This document shows positions 42,231 through 50,788 of a DNA stretch of 64,000 bases, piece after piece. The stretch covers positions 789,169 to 853,168 of the forward strand of contig JAHPZH010000001.1 of assembly GCA_019058315.1 (NCBI GenBank), read 5' to 3'. The notes beneath the pieces were generated by a model. The model was not told the origin of the DNA, searched no databases, and saw only the letters and a list, made by a program, of their open reading frames with translations. Positions within the stretch are counted from its first letter, which is position 1. Every line of letters begins with the position of its first letter. Both the position numbers and the translations under genes were made by a program. The DNA comes from Candidatus Helarchaeota archaeon. Lineage in GTDB: Archaea; Asgardarchaeota; Lokiarchaeia; Helarchaeales; RDOG01.

Positions 42231-43814
42231 TTAATTATCTTTTAATTTATCTTTTAATGCAGCAATAATTATTTTAGCCTGCAAATTTTGAGGATCTAAT
42301 TCGATAATTTTTTGATAGCATTTTATTGCTTCATTGTATTTATGCAATTTTCCGTATAATTTACCTAAACATATCCAGCTAGAAATTTGTGCTGGATTAA
42401 TCTTTGTTATTTTTTCAAAACAAATTATTGCATTTTGATAATCCTCTAAATTCTTATATGCTACTCCAAGTTTTTCCCATGCTACAGCATTTTGAGGATT
42501 TATTTCAATAATTTTACCGTATAAATCAATTTTTCTATAACTATCGGTAAATTTTGGGGATATTTCCGACTTTTGAGATGTATTCAAAATTATTATTGAT
42601 GGATCTTTCATATTTGATAATTTTCGGCTTTGAAAAGGTTCTTTTTTTGTTTTTATATATCTTTTTCTATAAATTACAAAACTAAATACTGCAAGAATTA
42701 TACTACTCATTAGTTCGACACCAATAAATGGAATTAATAGATTAGGCTTATTATTTCCCACCAAATATAGTAAAATTAAAGATGGATCAAATGGAGTATG
42801 AGTCAGAGAAATAATAACAATTTGAATAGTGAAATAAGAACAATTCCTAAATGCAGATGGATGAGTATCATTTGCAAAAATTGTTATATTATATATCCCC
42901 TGAGGATAATTAATTTGCAATATTAATTCATAAAATCCTGGTGTAACTGTTTCTAGGATTAAAGCCCAATTTCTATTCCATCCTGTAAAATTTAATTCTG
43001 CATATGTAATGTATTTTGGAGATCCGGAATAGGTAGAAATTGAATCATTAATATTATCCAAATCAATAAAACGAAAGAAAATTGTGTAAGTTTGAATTGA
43101 ATTATTTATTGTCTCATTAATTTTCGATGGTATGGGATCTTCTGTTACTGGATCACACCATTGTATTATTGTATTATGCTTTCTAAACCAAATAGTCTGT
43201 ATTAGAGTTTGATTTTCGTAATTTGTTTTTCTAAATTCTATTGATAAGGTAATATTTTTAAATCCTGTTCGATTCCATGAAATCTGTTCTGTATCAAATG
43301 TAAAAGTGTAAATTTTTAATTCATGTAAAATCCCAGGAGTAACCTGATATTTACCAGGTTCCCATGATTTCCAATAACTTCCATTCCATATTTTCAAAGA
43401 ATGATAATTAATACTATCTAGAGTGGTTCCGTTAGTTGTTGAATAATTTAGGAATAATTTAAAGAAATAAAAAGATCCAGGAACCTCATAAGGAAAAATT
43501 GGTCCAGTTAACTCTTTAAACACTCCATTTATTGAATGTTGTTCTATTTTTTCAATCTTTAGTATAGTAGGAATTGGTAATATATGTAACCAAATCTCAA
43601 AACTTGTTTGGAGATAATTTATCTCAAAACCAGAAAAAGTATAGTGAATATTAATAGTGAAATTATAAGTCCCATTATTAAATGGTCCTCCATTTACAAC
43701 ATCTTCGGTTGGCCAAAGTTCTTTATAAATATTGGTATTAATTTCAAGTTTGTAAATTCCACCAGAACATGAGATACAATTTATTTTTATTTTTAAGTTT
43801 AAAATGGAATTCAT
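42231..43814 (-). CDS. Ig-like ectodomain fragment + TM + cytoplasmic TPR protein (probably 5'-truncated)
   Basis: N-terminal ~320 aa resembles the juxtamembrane part of the 3583-aa protein (EDVVNGGPFNNGTYNFTINIHY vs EDLVNGGPFGNGTYNLTINIHY); no signal peptide; C-terminal TPRs (AWEKLGVAY...AIICFEK). Confidence 0.75.
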   Translation of the reverse strand: MNSILNLKIKINCISCSGGIYKLEINTNIYKELWPTEDVVNGGPFNNGTYNFTINIHYTFSGFEINYLQTSFEIWLHILPIPTILKIEKIEQHSINGVFKELTGPIFPYEVPGSFYFFKLFLNYSTTNGTTLDSINYHSLKIWNGSYWKSWEPGKYQVTPGILHELKIYTFTFDTEQISWNRTGFKNITLSIEFRKTNYENQTLIQTIWFRKHNTIIQWCDPVTEDPIPSKINETINNSIQTYTIFFRFIDLDNINDSISTYSGSPKYITYAELNFTGWNRNWALILETVTPGFYELILQINYPQGIYNITIFANDTHPSAFRNCSYFTIQIVIISLTHTPFDPSLILLYLVGNNKPNLLIPFIGVELMSSIILAVFSFVIYRKRYIKTKKEPFQSRKLSNMKDPSIIILNTSQKSEISPKFTDSYRKIDLYGKIIEINPQNAVAWEKLGVAYKNLEDYQNAIICFEKITKINPAQISSWICLGKLYGKLHKYNEAIKCYQKIIELDPQNLQAKIIIAALKDKLKDN

Positions 43815-44259
43815 AATTTAATTAGGAGATTCCGTTTTAAATAGTTTACTAGAAAAGAATTTAATAAGTTTCTCTATATTTAGAGACGAATCCACTTTGT
43901 TTCGGGAATAAATTTCTGATAAATTACCACGACGGGAAAGATAAATATTTCATTTGACATAAAATTTTAAATTTCATATATTTGTTAAGATGGATAATCA
44001 AGAATTGAAAGTTTCCATAAATTTTCTAAATTTTTTTTATTAAAAATACAATAAGATCATTCTTGCCATTTTGTTTTAAAATTAATTAAATAAATAAACT
44101 ACCGACAAAAATCCGATATTTTTTTAACTCTAATTTAAATCTAATAAATCAAAATTTAAATAAAATGATATTATAATAATAAATTTTAAATAGAATGATT
44201 TATTGGGGAATTTTTAGAAACCGAATAAATATATTTTAAAAAGAAATTTATTTCAAAGG

Positions 44260-45723
44260 ATGGTGTTTAAAGTCAACAATGAAATACAAGAAAATAATTA
44301 TTCTTTAGCACAAAGAGAGATTAATTTAATTGTAAAAAAATTTAATAAAAAATTTAAAATTAATTTTAGAGAATTATTTGAAAACGAAATTACAAATCAA
44401 AGGAAAATTCAATTAATTAAAAATTTTTATGAAACTTTATTAATAAAATTTAAAGATTTAGAGAATTCTGAAGCTTTTAATAATTTTTTAAAAGAATTTG
44501 AATCAATTTTAGTTGACGAATCTAAATTAATTGACAAATTCTTAATAATTTGTGAAAAATTTGGAATTCAATTCAAATTACCAAAAAAAATTGATGATAT
44601 TTTTCATATTTATCGTATAATATCGAATCCCAATACCTCTACTAAATATTATTTTATACTCAAATGTTTTTATGAAAATTCGAATAGATATTTAACAAAA
44701 AAACATGTTGAAATCTTATTATCTGAAATTCTAGGGGATTCAATAATTGATTTAGATGTTTACTTTAGAAATTTAAAATCTGTGAAATTAATAAAAAAAC
44801 AAAGTAAGAGATATCATTTAACAGAAATCGGAGTTACTTTTTTTGATTCAATTTTAAAATTAAAAGAAGAAATGAAAATACCTTTAATAGATAAATTAGA
44901 TCGGGTTATGCTATTACAAGCATTATATGATGAAAAAGGAATTCCTATACAAAGTCATCATCATATTCAACAAATAAGTTCTCTTATTAAAGAATTTATT
45001 GATGAAATTATAGAACACGATAATGTCCTTGAATGGTCGTCATACCTTGATAAGTTAGATGATATTATTTTAGATCTAGAAACATTTGCCCAAAGATATA
45101 AAAATGATTTCGGGATTTATCAACAAATATTAAGAGAAAAATCAGAATTAGCAAGAAAACTTGCAATTTATCATGAAGTGGCTCAAGAATCACTTAATAA
45201 ATACATTTCTTTAATTCATCAAGGATACGATCCAAAAAGAATGAAGTTAATCATTAATTTATTTAATAAAACTATATTCTCAGAATTATCAAATTGTTTA
45301 TACAACAATATTTTAAATGCTAGATTACCTCAGAATGAAGATTTATGGATGGATATTTTAATCATTAATAAAAAAGATTTTGAAGATATTAAGGATAATA
45401 GAATAAAAGAATCAATTATGACTGAAAAATTAAAAGATTCTAAGGCAATTGAATTATTAGATTTTTATTATCCTAGTTATAAATTGATGGGAGAAAAATT
45501 AATTTCGAAAATTAATAAATCGCCAATCAAATTATCAGAATTAACCAAAAGGTGGGATTGTAATTGGAAAATTTTAGCAGATTTCATTAATAATTTACCT
45601 TCAATTATAACCGAATTTCCTATCATTGCAATTGCTCAGAAGAAAATATTTAATTTCAAAGAAGGTATTGCAAGAGAGGGTATATTTTATACTTTATTAT
45701 CGGGTGAGAAGAATGATATTTGA
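44260..45723 (+). CDS. Putative kleisin-like subunit (JetA/MukF/MksF-like)
   Basis: wHTH (FRNLKSVKLI...YHLTEIG), helical bundle, C-terminal wHTH-like segment (PIKLSEL); first gene of the SMC operon. Confidence 0.5.
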   Translation: MVFKVNNEIQENNYSLAQREINLIVKKFNKKFKINFRELFENEITNQRKIQLIKNFYETLLIKFKDLENSEAFNNFLKEFESILVDESKLIDKFLIICEKFGIQFKLPKKIDDIFHIYRIISNPNTSTKYYFILKCFYENSNRYLTKKHVEILLSEILGDSIIDLDVYFRNLKSVKLIKKQSKRYHLTEIGVTFFDSILKLKEEMKIPLIDKLDRVMLLQALYDEKGIPIQSHHHIQQISSLIKEFIDEIIEHDNVLEWSSYLDKLDDIILDLETFAQRYKNDFGIYQQILREKSELARKLAIYHEVAQESLNKYISLIHQGYDPKRMKLIINLFNKTIFSELSNCLYNNILNARLPQNEDLWMDILIINKKDFEDIKDNRIKESIMTEKLKDSKAIELLDFYYPSYKLMGEKLISKINKSPIKLSELTKRWDCNWKILADFINNLPSIITEFPIIAIAQKKIFNFKEGIAREGIFYTLLSGEKNDI

Positions 45724-46291
45724 AATTAACGACGAATTCTTAGAAGATGTTCAACTATTAATCAATATTTTAATATTTAACGGAGGGAAAGGTATTAGTT
45801 TAGATGAAATTAAAAAGATTTTTGAAGAAAATTGTGATTCTATAATCAACGAAACTGATATCATTTTAAAGATGCTTCAGATAGAATTAAGAAATAATGA
45901 GAATAGACTTTTTATTGTTCCAAATAGAAAAATATATACTCAATTAAATTTATATGGTATAACAAATAAATTATTATCTCTAGAAACTAAAGAGCGAGAA
46001 AAACTAACACGCTTTATTACATTGTACTTGGCTGAGGGGAAAAATGAACCAATATCTAAAGAAAAAGTTAAATTTGAATTAAATGAAAAGTTTGGACTTA
46101 ATTTAGTTGAAAAAGATCTAAGAACTTTAGAAAGGTTTGGTTATATTAAATTAATTCATAATAAATTCGTTGATCTGGGATGGAGATTAAAAAATAGCAA
46201 AGAATTTAAAAGTTTTGAAACAAAATTTTTAGAATTTATAAAGAGGTTTGAAAAAAAACAAGTGTTAAAGGATAAAATTCGAAATGACTAG
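45713..46291 (+). CDS. Putative KITE subunit (tandem wHTH; JetB/MukE/ScpB/Nse1-like)
   Basis: 192 aa from ATG 45713 (GGTGA upstream; overlaps the previous stop); two wHTH units (GISLDEIK...; LRTLERFGYI...LGWR). Confidence 0.6.
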   Translation: MIFEINDEFLEDVQLLINILIFNGGKGISLDEIKKIFEENCDSIINETDIILKMLQIELRNNENRLFIVPNRKIYTQLNLYGITNKLLSLETKEREKLTRFITLYLAEGKNEPISKEKVKFELNEKFGLNLVEKDLRTLERFGYIKLIHNKFVDLGWRLKNSKEFKSFETKFLEFIKRFEKKQVLKDKIRND

Positions 46292-49145
46292 AATTTTGAA
46301 ACGATTAATTGTTAGAAATTTCAGATTATTTGGAGACAAAGAAAGAATTTTTGACTTTGGAGGAGGTTTTACTGAATTTATAGCGGGTAATTATAAAGGT
46401 AAAAGTACTTTATATTACGCTATAAAAATTGGATTAACAGGCAAAATACCTTCAGGTATGAGAAGATTAGGAGATCAAGGGGCTATACATTTTCCTCAAC
46501 TTGACGACAAGAATAAAGCTAAGAAAGCACAAGAAAAATTAAATGCAGAAATAAATATAGTTTTAAATAATGAACCTGGTGAAAATGGAAGAATTTTTTA
46601 TGAATTTGATCCATCATCAGATGAAATAATTATTGAGACGACTATTCCTCCTAGGGGAAAAATTAAATGTTATGTAAATGGAATAGAATGGGAGAAAAAT
46701 AATATTAGGACAGTTTTAAAAAGATTAGGAATTAATCCTGAAAACCCATTACTATTTTTAGAACAGGGGAAAGCTACAACTTTACTATCTAAGGGGCCAA
46801 TTGGTCTAATGGAATCTTTTGAAGAAACATTAGATTCTAAAGAGACAAAAGAAAATTTAGATGATGCCTTAAATTCTTACTTGAATACCGAAGAACAATA
46901 TAAGAATACCAGAACGAGATTTTATGAATTAGAAAGGACTTTGAATAAGTATGAAAAAGAATACGAAAGATTTAAAAAGTTTCTAGATTTAAATAGCGAG
47001 TTAAAAAGAACTCAAATTGAAAAACTTGTAAAAATTTTAAATGATACCATTATTTCTTTAGAATCTGATAAAAATGATTTAACATCAATTGAAGATAATA
47101 ATAAAGAAATTTACACTGAAAATGAGAATTTAATTAAGGATTTAAATAAAATTAGAATTGAAATAGCTAAATATCAAAATGAGAAAAAAGTTATTGAAGA
47201 ATTAAAGGAGAAATATCAAATTGAACTGGGTCAAATTAGATTAAAAATAGATAATTATCCTGAAAAATTAAACAAAATAGATTCAATTTTAAATGAAATT
47301 AATAAATTAAGACAATTAAATATAATAGAATTAAATAATAGATTAAGTATCTTAAAAGAAACACTATCAAAATCTAATTATGAAAATGAAGGAATTAAAA
47401 ATAATATTAGTAAAATTAGAACAGAATTGAAAGAATTAAAAAAAGGAGGGTTAATAGGACCAAGTAATTCTGAGAAATTTTTAAAAATTTTAAAGCAAAA
47501 TGAGATAAAAGCAGATTTATTAATAAATACATTAAATATAGAACCAATTCCATCTGACAATATTGAAAAAATTAAAAAATTACAATATTTTGAATCAGTT
47601 CTTGGTACTTTAAGGTGGTCGATAGTTATATATGATTTTAAAGATGAATTCGCAAAAGCTGTGAAAATTGCTAAAGAATGTTTTTTCAACAATTATTTAA
47701 TTAAAATAAATGAAGGAAATAATAATCTTCAAAAATATTCAATTGTTTTTGATATAATAAATTTAAATTCAAAAAGTCTATTAATTAAAAAGTATATTGA
47801 AAAGGTTATAGATGAATTTGAAAAAAAAATACTAAAAATTGAAGATTATAGATTAATAAAAGATATGTTTGGAACTAGATTTTTTATTTTAAAACCTGGA
47901 GAATTCTATTTAAACAAAAGTGAAAGAGTAAAATGGTTAGAAAAACAGGAAGGTGTCTTAACTAAAAATAAAAAGGAAATGACTAAAAAAATTGAACAAA
48001 TGGAGCAGGAAATATTAGAAATTAATGAAATAAACGAGAAAATCGAAAAAGAAGAACAATTGATTTTGGAGAAGGAAAAATTAATTTCTGAATATAAAAA
48101 GAATAAAGCTAGAGATATAAAGATTAAAAAAGAATTAGAAAAAAATAAAAATGAAATAAAAAATTTTGAAGAAATGATTGAAGAATCACGAAAAAAAGAA
48201 TATGATATTAATTATAAATTAGAGAATAATCAAAGAATTTTAGACAATAACAATATAAAGATTTCAGATCTTAGGAATCAAAATAACAAACTAGAGATTA
48301 TAATAAAAAATTATAATAAATTTTTAAGAAATGTAAAAGAAAATTTCAAAAGACCTCGCGAAATATCTATCCTTAATTATATTATTAATGAAATTAATGA
48401 AAATTTAAAAAAATTATCTAATATTGATTTTGAAATAAAAGAAAAATATTTTAAAACTAAAGGATCTTATGACGACGTGATAGTTGCATTTGAAAAAATC
48501 CAAGATGATTTATATAAGAAAATAGAACGTGTTAAGAAATATCAACTCGAACATAAGGAGTTTATTGAGAAAGTTTTAAAAGAATTAAATAGAGAATTTT
48601 CAAAAATTCTAACTCAAATTGATTTTAAAGGTAAGATAATTAGTAAATTATATCGTAAAGAAAAAAGAAAAGGATTGAAAGTAATTTCAGAAGATCCAGA
48701 AATTATTATGACTCCTAAAACTAAATATGGTCTGGACTTATTAATAAAAGAACCTAATGATACAATTTTTTATCCTCTTTTTAATGAAGAAGGTAATGTT
48801 TCGATTCGTCACTCAGGAGGAAAAAGAGAAATTCTAATGTTAGCTTTTTTATTATCTATACAACGAATTTTGAAACGATTTTCAAGTTTTTATACATTAG
48901 ATGAACCTACACCACATATGGATGATAAAAATACGGAATTGTTCATGAAAATATTAGGAGAATCTGAAAATCAGATAATTTTATTTACGCCTAGACCAAT
49001 ACCTGCGGAGCATGTAGATGAAATTATTTCTTTGATTGATAATAAAATTTACAAGATAGATAAGAAGGAACTAAAAAAAATAAAAATATCAAAAGATACG
49101 AATCTAAATGAGTATTTTTACATTCGTAAAGGTGAAATAAATTAA
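46284..49145 (+). CDS. SMC-family ATPase (SMC5/6 / JetC-like)
   Basis: VRNFR, Walker A AGNYKGKST, Q-loop GINPENPLLFLEQG, long coiled coils around a central hinge (FESVLGTLRWSIVI), signature HSGGKRE, Walker B FYTLDEPTPHMD, ILFTP. Confidence 0.9.
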   Translation: MTRILKRLIVRNFRLFGDKERIFDFGGGFTEFIAGNYKGKSTLYYAIKIGLTGKIPSGMRRLGDQGAIHFPQLDDKNKAKKAQEKLNAEINIVLNNEPGENGRIFYEFDPSSDEIIIETTIPPRGKIKCYVNGIEWEKNNIRTVLKRLGINPENPLLFLEQGKATTLLSKGPIGLMESFEETLDSKETKENLDDALNSYLNTEEQYKNTRTRFYELERTLNKYEKEYERFKKFLDLNSELKRTQIEKLVKILNDTIISLESDKNDLTSIEDNNKEIYTENENLIKDLNKIRIEIAKYQNEKKVIEELKEKYQIELGQIRLKIDNYPEKLNKIDSILNEINKLRQLNIIELNNRLSILKETLSKSNYENEGIKNNISKIRTELKELKKGGLIGPSNSEKFLKILKQNEIKADLLINTLNIEPIPSDNIEKIKKLQYFESVLGTLRWSIVIYDFKDEFAKAVKIAKECFFNNYLIKINEGNNNLQKYSIVFDIINLNSKSLLIKKYIEKVIDEFEKKILKIEDYRLIKDMFGTRFFILKPGEFYLNKSERVKWLEKQEGVLTKNKKEMTKKIEQMEQEILEINEINEKIEKEEQLILEKEKLISEYKKNKARDIKIKKELEKNKNEIKNFEEMIEESRKKEYDINYKLENNQRILDNNNIKISDLRNQNNKLEIIIKNYNKFLRNVKENFKRPREISILNYIINEINENLKKLSNIDFEIKEKYFKTKGSYDDVIVAFEKIQDDLYKKIERVKKYQLEHKEFIEKVLKELNREFSKILTQIDFKGKIISKLYRKEKRKGLKVISEDPEIIMTPKTKYGLDLLIKEPNDTIFYPLFNEEGNVSIRHSGGKREILMLAFLLSIQRILKRFSSFYTLDEPTPHMDDKNTELFMKILGESENQIILFTPRPIPAEHVDEIISLIDNKIYKIDKKELKKIKISKDTNLNEYFYIRKGEIN

Positions 49146-50625
49146 TTTAGATAAAATTAAGCTAAATAATAAGTGTAAATGTAATAATTATAAAGATTTA
49201 ATCTATAAGATACTTCCTACTAGCAAAATTATAAATATAAATGATTATATATCGGAAATGAAAATAAAAATTAAGGCAAAGGTATGTCCATTTTGCAGTA
49301 AAATAGTAAAAATATTAGATTATAAATTAATAAATGAAATTGTTTATTTTCAGAAAATAATTGATACAAAATTTTTTGATTCATTAAATAAAAATTCTCA
49401 AAATTTTTTGATTAAACTTAATTCTAAAACATTTAGTCATTTTAGGAATTTAAGAAAGGAATTTGGAATTAATTATTTAAATATTATAAAAGATTTGTGG
49501 ACACACGGATTTATTAAAATTAAAAGAAATAAAATAAATCCAAAATTAACTTCATCTATAGAATTGTCATCAAAATATCATGAGAAATTTATTAATAATT
49601 TAGAAAAGAAGGGTATGATAAATAAAACTATTTCATTGACGCCAAATTGTAAGAATTTTTTTATAAACAGATTCATTCACCTTAAAAATAAAGAAATAAA
49701 GGAGAAACGATCTCAAATTATTTCTAAAATAAAATCAAAAATAAAATATTTGGAGGGGTTAGTTCATAAAAATCCTGATGAAAGAATTAAATGGATAAAA
49801 CAAATTTTTGAAAATATTCAATTCAAATCTAATGTAACTATTGGCATCCAGAGATGTGATTTGGATTTTTTAAATAAATTTGATATATTAGAATATAATT
49901 TAGATTTTTTAATATATGTTTGTAACGAAATTTCTAAAAAAGAATTAATTTCAATTAAAAATTTCAATAAAATATATAAGAAAAAAATTTCAAAAGAAAA
50001 ATTTGAAAAGTTAAAAAAATCAATTAGAGATTTCAGAAATATTCCAAGAATCATCTTAAAATTTGATTTAACATGTTATAACATTGTCAAAGAACCTATG
50101 AAGAATATCAGTAGAAGTATGAGACTTTTTAGAGAACTTCAAAATTTTTTAATTAATTTTTTAGAACCTTTGATTAATTCCTTTGTAATTAATAATTTGA
50201 AAAGCGAAGTTGACCTCGATAAAATTTGGTCTGAAAGAATTCCAAGAAATGTTAGAAATAGTATAAAAGGAGCTTTTTATTCTACAAAAAAGAAATTGAA
50301 AGTTGAAAGAATTATTTATGAAGCTGAATTTCAGGATTTAATTGATAATTGTAAAATTGATGAACTATTAAATTATTCCTTATTTAATTCCTTGGGTTCA
50401 ATTATTATTTATCCAGTCAATTGGGATTCAATTTTTAAAGACTATTTTACATTCTGTTCAACTTCCTCTGAGTTACAAGATAAATTCCTAAAGTTATTTT
50501 TTCTTAGAAATAAAGTTGCTCATAAAAAAGATATAAAAATTGATATTTTAAAAATACTTAAAATAGAGAATATTGAATTATCAGAAATTTTAGAATTTTG
50601 TTTTAATTTATTAAGATCGTTATAA
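49141..50625 (+). CDS. Zn-ribbon/wHTH protein with C-terminal Swt1-like HEPN domain
   Basis: Frame is open from ATT 49141, overlapping the SMC stop, with GGTGA at 49131; CKC...CPFC; C-terminal WSERIP...LLNYSLF..L..II..NW..IF...F...RNKVAH. Confidence 0.7.
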   Translation: MNLDKIKLNNKCKCNNYKDLIYKILPTSKIININDYISEMKIKIKAKVCPFCSKIVKILDYKLINEIVYFQKIIDTKFFDSLNKNSQNFLIKLNSKTFSHFRNLRKEFGINYLNIIKDLWTHGFIKIKRNKINPKLTSSIELSSKYHEKFINNLEKKGMINKTISLTPNCKNFFINRFIHLKNKEIKEKRSQIISKIKSKIKYLEGLVHKNPDERIKWIKQIFENIQFKSNVTIGIQRCDLDFLNKFDILEYNLDFLIYVCNEISKKELISIKNFNKIYKKKISKEKFEKLKKSIRDFRNIPRIILKFDLTCYNIVKEPMKNISRSMRLFRELQNFLINFLEPLINSFVINNLKSEVDLDKIWSERIPRNVRNSIKGAFYSTKKKLKVERIIYEAEFQDLIDNCKIDELLNYSLFNSLGSIIIYPVNWDSIFKDYFTFCSTSSELQDKFLKLFFLRNKVAHKKDIKIDILKILKIENIELSEILEFCFNLLRSL

Positions 50626-50788
50626 AATAATTTTAGATTGTTTCAGACTTTAGAAAAAAGCTTAATTTTTTAAAGAATTGTGTTATAGAAACCAAATTGC
50701 GTTAATAAGTTTGATTTTTAGAGTCCTGTCTTAAAGATATTTTGAACATTAAAATAAAAACTGAATATATCATTATTATATAAAGCTT

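Noticed and set aside
45626-45712. Tracked TTG start of the KITE-like gene
   Set aside because: It overlaps the upstream gene by ~100 nt; ATG 45713 has a GGTGA site and a short coupled overlap.
46284-49145. Rad50/SbcC or canonical Smc-ScpAB
   Set aside because: No central CxxC hook, no Mre11/SbcD neighbour, and no LDEVDAALD or GxxxGG hinge of canonical Smc.
44260-50625. Lamassu or canonical Wadjet
   Set aside because: Two wHTH-type genes upstream of a hinge-bearing SMC fit a JetABC layout better than Lamassu, and gene 4 shows no Toprim E...DxD motif.
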